Sequence record: SRR31156797_14836
DNA: 45,529 bases
Reading direction: 5' to 3' (one strand)
The notes beneath the pieces are model-generated. The model worked only from the letters and a program-made list of their open reading frames with translations. It ran no database searches and was not told the DNA's origin. Made by a program: the position numbers and the translations under genes. Positions within the stretch are counted from its first letter, which is position 1; every line of letters starts with the position of its first letter. Below are positions 10,168 through 18,542 of this stretch, in pieces.

Positions 10168-10175
10168 CAAAGATA
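10168..10175 (-). promoter_or_regulatory. Bacteroidota sigma70 -7 box for nasA-nirB-nirD
   Basis: Minus strand TATCTTTG matches TAnnTTTG, ~113 nt upstream of the nasA ATG. Confidence 0.6.
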
Positions 10176-10346
10176 GGGTATTTTTGTTTAAGTAAAAAAG
10201 ATAAAGAAATCATTTTTTATTTGAATTGTATTGGCAGAGTTAGTTTTGTGATGTATAAGTATTACAAACAGAATGAATTATGAATTTTGGTTGAAGGTGT
10301 TATTTTTAAATCAAAAAGAAGTAGCATGTATTAAAAGTACTATAAA

Positions 10347-10883
10347 ATGGTAACAGGAATATTAATAACCGGGGGTAAAAGTTCCAGAATGGGCTCAGAT
10401 AAAGCTTTTGTTAATTATAACGGAAAGGCATTAGGACAATGGTCTTCTGAGCTGTTAAATAAATATTGCGATCATATTATTGTAGCCAGCAATAATCCGG
10501 ATCATGCGATTTGGGGTGATGAGATAGTTGCAGATACTTTGGGAGACGGTCCTATTGCCGGATTGTATGCCGGATTAAGTAAGAGTAATACAGACTGGAA
10601 TCTGGTTTTGCCTTGTGATACGCCTAATGTAAGTGAGGCTGTTTTTGAAAAATTGTTAGAAAGTAAAGATGGGTATGATGCCGTAGTGGGCGTGGATGCA
10701 AATGGAAAACAACACCCTTTGGTAGCTTTGTATCACAGGCAGGTATTAGAAGTTATAAGCGGAGAGATTGAAAAAGGAAAACTGGCCATGATGAATATAC
10801 TGGATCAAATTCAGGTAGGTTTTGTTCAGTTTACCCAAGAGCATGTACTGGATAATATGAATTCAAAACAAGAATTAAGGTGA
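10347..10883 (+). CDS. mobA: Molybdenum cofactor guanylyltransferase
   Basis: ILITGGKSSRMGSDKA, GPIAGL, VLPCDTP, HPLVALY, terminal NMNS. Confidence 0.93.
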   Translation: MVTGILITGGKSSRMGSDKAFVNYNGKALGQWSSELLNKYCDHIIVASNNPDHAIWGDEIVADTLGDGPIAGLYAGLSKSNTDWNLVLPCDTPNVSEAVFEKLLESKDGYDAVVGVDANGKQHPLVALYHRQVLEVISGEIEKGKLAMMNILDQIQVGFVQFTQEHVLDNMNSKQELR

Positions 10884-11401
10884 TTGTAAACTCAATGATA
10901 ATGATTTGCGGAAGTGGTAAGAATGTAGGAAAAACCACTTTGTCGTCTTTATTAGTAAAGTATTTTTCTGACAAAGGGAAACGGGTTTATGCCTTAAAAA
11001 CTTCTTCGCATTTACATCAACTCGATAAAGATGAATGCATCCTAAAGGAGGGTGAAGATTTTGCCGTGGTAAAAGAAAGCCGGAAAAATAACAAAGATAG
11101 TTCATTACTATTACACGCTGGGGCTGTACAGAGTTACTACATTCAGGCATCGTATAAGTATACCATGTTTTCCCTGAGTAATGAGTTAGTACATCAATTT
11201 CCTTCTGATGCTGTTATTATTTGTGAATCGGGCGGCTTAAGGGAGTATATCCGACCTGCATTATTTTTATTTGTATTGGGAGACAAGATCGATAAAAATA
11301 TGCAATATCAACGAGAAGCAGATTATGAACTTAAGTTTGGAGAAGATTTTAATAATCAATTGATCTTAAACAAAGATATAGACCTGGAACGTTTTATTTA
11401 A
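10880..11401 (+). CDS. P-loop protein, divergent MobB-like
   Basis: N-terminal GSGKNVGKTT, ALKTSSHLH, KDS...AGA. GTG start overlaps the mobA stop (GTGA). Confidence 0.6.
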   Translation: MIVNSMIMICGSGKNVGKTTLSSLLVKYFSDKGKRVYALKTSSHLHQLDKDECILKEGEDFAVVKESRKNNKDSSLLLHAGAVQSYYIQASYKYTMFSLSNELVHQFPSDAVIICESGGLREYIRPALFLFVLGDKIDKNMQYQREADYELKFGEDFNNQLILNKDIDLERFI

Positions 11402-11832
11402 TGATGATGGTGCTGTTCTGCACAATCACAATTGGCTCCCCATTCACTGGTTCCGTCTGCAAAAAACTCATGTTTCCAAATTGGCGCTTCCTGTTTAACC
11501 CGGTCAATAATATAACGGTTGGCATCATAGGCTTCTTTCCTATGAGCGGAAGAAGTGACTACTACAACAGCCGTTTCGCAAATACCTACTTTACCTATTC
11601 TATGAACACAGGAAGCATGTTGTAACTCCCATCTCTGTTTAGCATCTTCAATTATACGGGCAATTGTTTTTTCAGCTAAAGGAATGTAGGCTTCATAATC
11701 AATATGCAATACTTCTTTGTTCTTGTTTAAATCGCGTACATCTCCACTAAACATGACAATGGCTCCTGAGCGATGGTGTTTAGCTTGGTTATAGTAATGT
11801 ACTACATCTATATTTTTATCTGTTATGTGCAT
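11398..11832 (-). CDS. moaE: Molybdopterin synthase catalytic subunit
   Basis: GAIVMFSGDVR, YEAY, HRIG, SSAHRKEA, VKQEAPIWKHE. Start set at ATG 11832 (MHITDK). Confidence 0.94.
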   Translation of the reverse strand: MHITDKNIDVVHYYNQAKHHRSGAIVMFSGDVRDLNKNKEVLHIDYEAYIPLAEKTIARIIEDAKQRWELQHASCVHRIGKVGICETAVVVVTSSAHRKEAYDANRYIIDRVKQEAPIWKHEFFADGTSEWGANCDCAEQHHHH

Positions 11833-11860
11833 GATTTTTTTTCTAAAAAATAATATTAAC

Positions 11861-12103
11861 TCAACCTCCACTTGATGGTGGAATTATAAAAACCTCCATT
11901 TGATCTTTGATCATTGTTTCCGTATCCACAAACTCTTCATTGATTGCTGCACGTGATCTGGAAAGTATTTCTGCTGCATCAGGATATTTTTCGGCTAATT
12001 CTGCGATAAGTTGTTTAACGCTTGTATTATCGTTATTCAATGTCCATTCTATGGCTTCTGGAAATGTACGTGTTAATCCTGCAAAAAAATGTATTTTAAT
12101 CAT
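11861..12103 (-). CDS. moaD: Molybdopterin synthase sulfur carrier subunit
   Basis: Ubiquitin-like size, IKIHFFA, AINEEF, C-terminal PPSSGG. Start at ATG 12103, just after the moaA stop. Confidence 0.92.
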   Translation of the reverse strand: MIKIHFFAGLTRTFPEAIEWTLNNDNTSVKQLIAELAEKYPDAAEILSRSRAAINEEFVDTETMIKDQMEVFIIPPSSGG

Positions 12104-12107
12104 GATG

Positions 12108-13052
12108 TTATCCTCCAATATGTCTCATGCTCATTTCATTCCCAATAAAACGAAGTGGTTGTTTTTGTTTAAGAGCCATCATTAATTCTTTATTGATAGA
12201 CTCACCTTGTTTAATTTTTTTCAGAACAGATAATCCTTTTACAGCACTAATGCAGCCATAAAGTTTTCCATAACTGTCCAGGCGTAGACGATCGCAGTCT
12301 TTGCAAAATGGTTCTGATTCGTTGGCGATTATACCGAATTCGTAATTGCCCTCGTTAATCTCCCAGTAGTTGGCTGTTGCTGATGCAATTCTAAGTTTTT
12401 TGTGCGTAGGATAAACCTGATGTATTTCATCCAATATTTCTTCCTGCGAAAAAAAGTAATCGTGATAATTATGGTGCAGGTAGCCCATTTTCATTAATTC
12501 CAGAAATCTAACGGGAATATCATATTTCATACCAAATTCAAGCAAAGGAATAATTTGATGATCATTGATTCCTTTTAAAATGACTGAGTTTATTTTAAGA
12601 TCAAAACCATTCTCTTTTGCTGCATAAATCCCTTTTAAAGTTTGTTTCAGCATGCGTTTACGAGTCATTTTTTCAAAAACGTTTTCATCTAAAGCATCCA
12701 GTGAAATGTTAATAGATTTAAGGCCTGCTTCTCTTAATCTGGGAGCAAGCTTTTCCAGGTAAAATGCATTTGTAGTAAGCGCAATATCTTCAATTCCACA
12801 ATCCTTAACCTGTTTAATTAAATGAACCACATGAGGGTACATAAGCGGTTCGCCACCAGTTATCCGTATCTTTTCAAGATTTAATTCATTATGGAGCACT
12901 TTTACAATATCAACCATATCAGCAGCTGTTAACGTGGGTTTTAACTGAGACCTGATATCATTTGCATGGTTTTCAGGAACACAGTATGTGCATGCCATGT
13001 TACAAGTGTCTGTTAAACTTAGTCTTAGCTTTTTGAATTTTCGTGTTTCCAT
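12108..13052 (-). CDS. moaA: GTP 3',8-cyclase (radical SAM)
   Basis: LRLSLTDTCNMACTYC, RITGGEP, TTN, FCKDCDRLRL...GC second cluster, C-terminal IGG. Confidence 0.95.
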   Translation of the reverse strand: METRKFKKLRLSLTDTCNMACTYCVPENHANDIRSQLKPTLTAADMVDIVKVLHNELNLEKIRITGGEPLMYPHVVHLIKQVKDCGIEDIALTTNAFYLEKLAPRLREAGLKSINISLDALDENVFEKMTRKRMLKQTLKGIYAAKENGFDLKINSVILKGINDHQIIPLLEFGMKYDIPVRFLELMKMGYLHHNYHDYFFSQEEILDEIHQVYPTHKKLRIASATANYWEINEGNYEFGIIANESEPFCKDCDRLRLDSYGKLYGCISAVKGLSVLKKIKQGESINKELMMALKQKQPLRFIGNEMSMRHIGG

Positions 13053-13067
13053 AATTTAAAATAATCG

Positions 13068-13075
13068 CGAAGATA
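13068..13075 (-). promoter_or_regulatory. Possible -7 box for moaA-moaD-moaE
   Basis: Minus strand TATCTTCG, one mismatch to TAnnTTTG, 15 nt upstream of the ATG. Confidence 0.35.
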
Positions 13076-13307
13076 TGAATGTATTACAGTTGATCTGAAA
13101 AAATGTTTATTGAATACATATCCAATTAGAGTTAATTTGCTTTATTTAGAGAAAAAAATGAACGAATATATCTCTTTGATGTTTATATAATTGTTTAAAA
13201 ATTAAAAATCTACAATTGTACCTCCCTTAAAATAGGCTTGTGTACTTAAAAATTGATATTTTTCTAGATTGGCCTGTTGTTTTGATAATTATTTAAAGCG
13301 TTAGTTG

Positions 13308-14021
13308 ATGTTTCCTAAAAGTACCGATTGTATAAGTTGTGTAAATGCAGAATGCCTTATAAAAAGACATATTTCTGAACCTGAATTGGAATCCTTTTTA
13401 GTGAGTAAAAATACAATGCGCTGTCGTAAAGGCCAGAGTGTAGTTCTAGAGGGTGCGCCAATTCATGGGGTGCATTTTGTGCACACAGGCAGAATTAAGC
13501 TTTTTAGTACAGGTATTAATGGAAGAGAACAGATATTGAGGTTTGCTATTAATGGTGAAATGCTGGGGCAAAGTGGATTTAGTTCGAGACAATGTTATTT
13601 GAATGGAGCTATAGCACTGGAGGATACTACGATGTGCCATTTTACTTTGGATGTAATGAAAAAGATGTTGCAGGTTTTTCCTAAACTAGCCTATGACTTT
13701 ATGGTATACTATGCAGAAGAATTGAATAGAAGCCAAACCAAAATAAGAATGTTTGCGCATATGACGGTTCGTGAAAAAGTCATTGATGCATTATTATATA
13801 TAAACAGAAAGTTCGGACATAAGAATGGTGCCATTGATATTCAGCTAAGTCGAAAAGAGATTGCTGATTTTGCAGGAACTACAGAAGAGCAGGTAATACG
13901 AATTTTGTCTGCCTTAAAGAAGGAAAATCTGATAGAAAGCTATGGAAAAAAGATTGGGATACCAGATTTGGAGGCATTAAAGAAGGAAATTGATGAACAT
14001 CATTTCTTTTTGCAGAGCTAG
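13308..14021 (+). CDS. Crp/Fnr family transcriptional regulator with N-terminal CxxCxxxxC
   Basis: CISCVNAEC, cNMP-binding fold (GRIKL...GEMLG), HTH LSRKEIADFAGTTEEQVIRILS. ATG at 13308 (TTG at 13305 also possible). Confidence 0.92.
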   Translation: MFPKSTDCISCVNAECLIKRHISEPELESFLVSKNTMRCRKGQSVVLEGAPIHGVHFVHTGRIKLFSTGINGREQILRFAINGEMLGQSGFSSRQCYLNGAIALEDTTMCHFTLDVMKKMLQVFPKLAYDFMVYYAEELNRSQTKIRMFAHMTVREKVIDALLYINRKFGHKNGAIDIQLSRKEIADFAGTTEEQVIRILSALKKENLIESYGKKIGIPDLEALKKEIDEHHFFLQS

Positions 14022-14053
14022 TTAAGTGCCATAAAATAAGATATATATAATTT

Positions 14054-14079
14054 AAACCTGCGATATAGCAGGTTTTTTT
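14054..14079 (+). terminator. Intrinsic terminator after crp/fnr-1 (possibly bidirectional)
   Basis: AAACCTGC-GATATA-GCAGGTTTTTTT. Confidence 0.85.
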
Positions 14080-14126
14080 ATGCGATAAGATTTATAAAAT
14101 AATGACAAAAAGACGGTAAAAACATA

Positions 14127-14202
14127 TCTGATTGCATATGATAGATGTTTTGCACTCCATATTTTTACATCAGAATCAATTCACAAAAGTAAGTAATCAA
14201 AA
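14127..14202 (-). promoter_or_regulatory. Non-coding leader motif, copy 2 (possible sRNA)
   Basis: TCTGAT (14127-14132) pairs with ATCAGA (14169-14174). ATCAGAATCAATTCACAAAAGTAAGTAATCAAAA differs from copy 1 by one substitution and one insertion. Confidence 0.5.
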
Positions 14203-14390
14203 ATCCATTAAGCAAAGGCATAGTGGTAAGGGATAAAAGAAAGGAATCTTTCATTTTTTTTGAGTCTATAAAAGAATTAAAGCTCTTAAATTCATTAGAA
14301 ATGAAAGTGGTATTATTTTTCAACACAAACTTATTAAAAATCAGTGTTGGTTTAACAATGGTTTTTAATGAGTTTAAAACTTAAACTCAC

Positions 14391-15740
14391 ATGAAAAAAT
14401 TATTCACATTTGTTTTAGCCGTTTTTTGTTTGGGAGCCTTAAAAGCTCAGGTCACTTTTACAGGGCAATACCGTGCACGAGGTGAAGTGCGTAATGGTTT
14501 TAAAACTCCGATTTTGGAAAATCAGGAGCCTGCTGCTTTTGTTGAGCATAGAGCTCGTTTGGAAGCACTATATAAAAAAGACAAAGTGGGCTTTAAAGTT
14601 TCTGTTCAGGATGTTCGCATTTGGGGAGAGACAGGTCAAATTAATAAGTCAGATCAATTATTAAGCGCACATGAGGCATATGGCGATTTTTATGCTTCCG
14701 ATAAAAGTACTTTCAGAATTGGGCGTCAGGAAGTAATTTATGATGATCACCGTTTCTTCGGTAGTTTGGATTGGGCCATGCAAGGACGTTCGTTAGATGC
14801 AGTAAGATATATGTATAAAAGTGAAGGTACTCAGTTTGATGTAATGTTAAGCTGGAATCAGCCAGGTTATGGTGATGGTGCTCCTGAGCCAGCTAAACTT
14901 GTAGGAAATACATATGCAATAACTACAGGAGGAGGAACAAATCCTCGTATTTTTAACCTTGGGTTACCTAAAAGCCAGCAGATGGTGTATTATAAAAAGA
15001 GTTTTGAAAGTGGTAGTGTAGGTATTATGTTGGAAAACGATTTATATAATTCGTCAACAACAAGCAGTGAAACCTATAGTAATATGACATTAGGTATTTC
15101 TCCAAGTTTTAAGTCAGGAAAATTAAAGTATGGAGGACAATTTTTCTACACCGGTGGAACTGCCAATAAAGTGGATGATGGCAATGGAGGAATTACCAAA
15201 ATAGACTTATCCGGATTCATGTTTAATGCTTATGTGCAGGCTACGGGAGTTACAGGATCTCCACTATTAGGGTTTGATTATTTAAGTGGAGATGATCAGA
15301 GTACCGGAGATAAAGTGGAAGGTTGGGCTCCTAAATACGGAACAAATCATAAGTTTTATGGTTTTATGGATTACTTCTATGTTGGTAATGGCCATGGAGG
15401 AGGTAATGCTGCCAGTGCAGGTTTAGTCGATATTTATTTAAAAACAACGTTTAAAATTGGAAAAGCTAAGTTATTGGCGCATTTGCATCAGTTTATGTCA
15501 GCAGAAGAACGGGTAAACGCAACAAGCGGAGAGAGCTACGATGGAGCTTTAGGAACTGAACTTGACTTGGTTTTTGTTAAAAAGCTAGCTCCTGAATTAG
15601 TACTAAAAGCCGGTTACTCACAAATGTTTGGAATTACGGAAACAATGAAACAATTGAAATTCGGTAACCCAGATCAGGAGATACAGGGAATGCAATCATG
15701 GGGATGGTTAATGGTTGCTTTTACACCTAAGTTTTTATAG
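14391..15740 (+). CDS. Outer-membrane beta-barrel porin, alginate-export (AlgE)-like family, nitrate-cluster associated
   Basis: Signal peptide (..LKAQ), RARGEVRNGF, QDVRIWG, RIGRQEVIYDDHRFFG, YGTNHKFYGFMDYFY, C-terminal beta strand. First gene of the nrt run. Confidence 0.8.
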   Translation: MKKLFTFVLAVFCLGALKAQVTFTGQYRARGEVRNGFKTPILENQEPAAFVEHRARLEALYKKDKVGFKVSVQDVRIWGETGQINKSDQLLSAHEAYGDFYASDKSTFRIGRQEVIYDDHRFFGSLDWAMQGRSLDAVRYMYKSEGTQFDVMLSWNQPGYGDGAPEPAKLVGNTYAITTGGGTNPRIFNLGLPKSQQMVYYKKSFESGSVGIMLENDLYNSSTTSSETYSNMTLGISPSFKSGKLKYGGQFFYTGGTANKVDDGNGGITKIDLSGFMFNAYVQATGVTGSPLLGFDYLSGDDQSTGDKVEGWAPKYGTNHKFYGFMDYFYVGNGHGGGNAASAGLVDIYLKTTFKIGKAKLLAHLHQFMSAEERVNATSGESYDGALGTELDLVFVKKLAPELVLKAGYSQMFGITETMKQLKFGNPDQEIQGMQSWGWLMVAFTPKFL

Positions 15741-15796
15741 TAAGATTATAGGATACTTGATGAAATCCATTTTTAACGAATTAAATTAAGACTGTT

Positions 15797-17176
15797 ATGA
15801 AGAAATTAAATATGATCAAATTAAGTGTTGTGGCATTTGCAGCTTTATTGATGACTGCCTGTGGTGGTTCATCTTCGAAATCAAGTGCATCTTCAGAGGA
15901 TAGTACAGCTAAAAGTACTTTATTAATTGAAAAACCACAGTTAACCTTCGGTTTTATCAAGTTAACTGATATGGCTCCTTTAGCCATTGCAAAAGAGTTA
16001 GGATATTTTGAAGAGGAAGGATTGTTTGTTACCATTGAAGCACAAAGTAACTGGAAAAATGTATTGGATCGTGTTATTGACGGGGAATTAGATGGTTCAC
16101 ATATGTTAGCAGGACAACCAATTGCAGCTGCTGCCGGTTTTGGACGCCAGGCTAATCTGGTAACACCATTCTCAATGGACTTAAATGGAAACGGTATTAC
16201 AGTGTCCAATGCCATCTGGGATAGCATGAAAGAACATGTACCAACAGATGCAGATGGAAAGCCTGTTCATCCTATTAAAGCGGATGCACTAAAGCCTGTG
16301 GTTGAAAAGTATAAAGCCAATGGTAATCCTTTTAAAATGGGAATGGTATTTCCGGTTTCTACACATAATTATGAGATAAGATACTGGTTAGCTGCCGCAG
16401 GGATTCACCCGGGAATGTATACTGCCGACAATATTCAGGGACAGGTTGATGCTGATGTATTATTATCCGTAACGCCTCCGCCACAAATGCCGGCCACTTT
16501 AGAGGCAGGAACTATTTATGGATATTGTGTTGGTGAGCCATGGAATCAGCAGGCTGTATTTAAGCAAATTGGGGTACCCGTAGTTACTAACTACGAAATC
16601 TGGAAAAACAACCCGGAGAAAGTATTTGTAATGACAGAGAAGTTTATCTCAGAAAATCCAAATACAGCTATCGCCGTTACAAAGGCTTTAATCAGAGCAG
16701 GTAAATGGTTAGATGAACCAGGCAACAGACCAAAGGCAGTAGGTATTTTGTCTAAATCAGACTATGTGGGAGCTGACTCAGTAGTAATTGCTAACTCTAT
16801 GACCGGTACTTTTGAATTTGAAAAAGGAGACAAGCGTTCATTACCTGATTTTAATGTATTCTATAAATACCATGCAACCTATCCATTCTACTCAGATGCA
16901 GTTTGGTTCTTAACGCAGATGCGTCGCTGGGGACAAATTCCAGAATCAAAATCTGACGAATGGTATGCGAAAACCGCACAAAAAGTATATCGTCCAGATA
17001 TTTGGGAAAAGGCTGCAAAGTTATTAGTTGATGAAGGAAAAATCAGCTCTACAGATATTCCAACAACAGATGGATATAAGACAGCTTCAGGAGAATTCAT
17101 TGATGGTGTGGTATTCGATGGTAAAAAACCGAATGAGTATTTAACTAAGTTTTCTATTGGTAATAAAGATATTTAA
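15797..17176 (+). CDS. nrtA: CmpA/NrtA family nitrate ABC transporter substrate-binding lipoprotein
   Basis: Lipobox LLMTAC plus Ser-rich linker, [53 protein letters not shown]. Confidence 0.93.
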   Translation: MKKLNMIKLSVVAFAALLMTACGGSSSKSSASSEDSTAKSTLLIEKPQLTFGFIKLTDMAPLAIAKELGYFEEEGLFVTIEAQSNWKNVLDRVIDGELDGSHMLAGQPIAAAAGFGRQANLVTPFSMDLNGNGITVSNAIWDSMKEHVPTDADGKPVHPIKADALKPVVEKYKANGNPFKMGMVFPVSTHNYEIRYWLAAAGIHPGMYTADNIQGQVDADVLLSVTPPPQMPATLEAGTIYGYCVGEPWNQQAVFKQIGVPVVTNYEIWKNNPEKVFVMTEKFISENPNTAIAVTKALIRAGKWLDEPGNRPKAVGILSKSDYVGADSVVIANSMTGTFEFEKGDKRSLPDFNVFYKYHATYPFYSDAVWFLTQMRRWGQIPESKSDEWYAKTAQKVYRPDIWEKAAKLLVDEGKISSTDIPTTDGYKTASGEFIDGVVFDGKKPNEYLTKFSIGNKDI

Positions 17177-17237
17177 GATGGTTCTTTGGTTTTGAACCAG
17201 GTTGCACGATCAAACCTTACCCTAAGTATGTTTTATT

Positions 17238-17316
17238 GTTTTTAGTTGGTGAAACTAGGAAAGGTACATCCTTTTCCGGAAGAAAGATGTGCCTTTCCCT
17301 CAACTAAAAACTTTTT
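17238..17316 (+). terminator. Large nested stem-loop with T-tail between nrtA and nrtB (partial terminator or mRNA stabiliser)
   Basis: GTTTTTAGTTG (17238-48)/CAACTAAAAAC (17301-11) outer stem, GGAAAGGTACATC/GATGTGCCTTTCC inner stem, then TTTTT. Confidence 0.65.
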
Positions 17317-17438
17317 AAACAAATGCCATTTAGATAGTTAGTCTTAAAAATGTAAAAGTAATGAGAGTTATGATACAAGTCTCATGTCTTTTATCTATTG
17401 TCTAACGTTCTATTCATATCCAACTAAAAGCAATTCAA

Positions 17439-18530
17439 ATGGAATCAAAAATAATACAAGCATTTAAATGGGTGGGACTAGGCTTCTTTGAGCCACTCAT
17501 TATGCTAATACGAGGTAAAGAAGTCGAGAAAAATATCAGGCTGGTATTCAGAAAAATTGTAGTACCGGTATTGTCCGTATTTTTATTTTTAGGAGCATGT
17601 GATTTAGGTGCTAAATATCTGTATAATATTGAGCGAGATCGCAAAATTGAAAAGACAAGGGATGTACAGGGAGATGAAGCTGCTGTTCAAATGCAGGAGT
17701 GTATTGATTCCGGTGATGTTAGTTGTAAACCAAATTCTTTGCCGTCGCCATCTGATGTTAAAAATGGAGCTATCGCTTTATGGGAAGATCATAAAATGAT
17801 TGCAGAGAAAAAAACTGCTTTTAAAGAAAAAACAGCTGCATTAAACAAGCAGCGAAAAGAATCAGGGCTGAAACCTATTATTTACACAGGAAGGCCTTCG
17901 TTTGTAGATCAGATTATAACCAGTTTAAAAACGGTTTTCGCAGGATTTTTATTAGCTGCGTTATTAGCTATTCCGGCCGGTATTGTATTAGGCTTGAGTG
18001 AAACCTTACGTACTGCCTTAAACTGGATCATTCAAATATTAAAGCCTGTATCTCCGGTTGTTTGGTTGTTATTAGTGTCGATGGTAATTAAAACGGTACT
18101 AGCCAATTCAGATTCGGATAAATCGTTTATCATTTCATTTATTAGTGTCGGTTTTTGTAGTATGTGGGCTACTTTAGTGAATACTGCCATGGGTGTTTCA
18201 TCGGTAGATAAAGATTTTTTAAATGTAGCTAAGGTTCTTCGTTTAGGAGTATTGAGCAATGTGTTTAAAGTGATTTTGCCTGCATCCATTCCAATGATAT
18301 TTACAGGACTAAGAATTACGCTTTCGGTTTCGTGGATGGTGTTGATTGCCATTGAATTATTAGCGCAAAGTCCAGGTCTAGGTTCTTTTGTTTGGGAAGA
18401 GTTTCAGAATGGAGCCAATGATTCAAATGCAAAAATTATTGTAGCGATGTTTGTGATCGGTATCATTGGATTTTTGCTGGATAGAATCATGATGTTTATT
18501 CAGAAGTTAGTAAGTTTTGATAGTAACTAA
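17439..18530 (+). CDS. nrtB: Nitrate ABC transporter permease
   Basis: Several TM segments, SLKTVFAGF, LKPVSPVVW, EAA-like NVAKVLRLG, IFTGLRITLSVSWMVLIAIE. Confidence 0.9.
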   Translation: MESKIIQAFKWVGLGFFEPLIMLIRGKEVEKNIRLVFRKIVVPVLSVFLFLGACDLGAKYLYNIERDRKIEKTRDVQGDEAAVQMQECIDSGDVSCKPNSLPSPSDVKNGAIALWEDHKMIAEKKTAFKEKTAALNKQRKESGLKPIIYTGRPSFVDQIITSLKTVFAGFLLAALLAIPAGIVLGLSETLRTALNWIIQILKPVSPVVWLLLVSMVIKTVLANSDSDKSFIISFISVGFCSMWATLVNTAMGVSSVDKDFLNVAKVLRLGVLSNVFKVILPASIPMIFTGLRITLSVSWMVLIAIELLAQSPGLGSFVWEEFQNGANDSNAKIIVAMFVIGIIGFLLDRIMMFIQKLVSFDSN

Positions 18531-18542
18531 ACCCGATGGATT

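Noticed and set aside
10176-10346. Canonical Fnr/Crp box
   Set aside because: No TTGAT-N4-ATCAA or TGTGA-N6-TCACA match was found by eye here or in the other cluster intergenics
13053-13304. Moco riboswitch upstream of moaA
   Set aside because: The region is very AT-rich with no GC-rich multi-stem structure, and the putative -7 box is only ~15 nt from the ATG
14209-14262. ANTAR dual-hairpin antiterminator (GCAAAGGC... and AAAGA-AAGGAA-TCTTT before a T-run)
   Set aside because: Only the second hairpin has a stem with an A1/G4 hexaloop. The first cannot pair, and no ANTAR protein is in the window.
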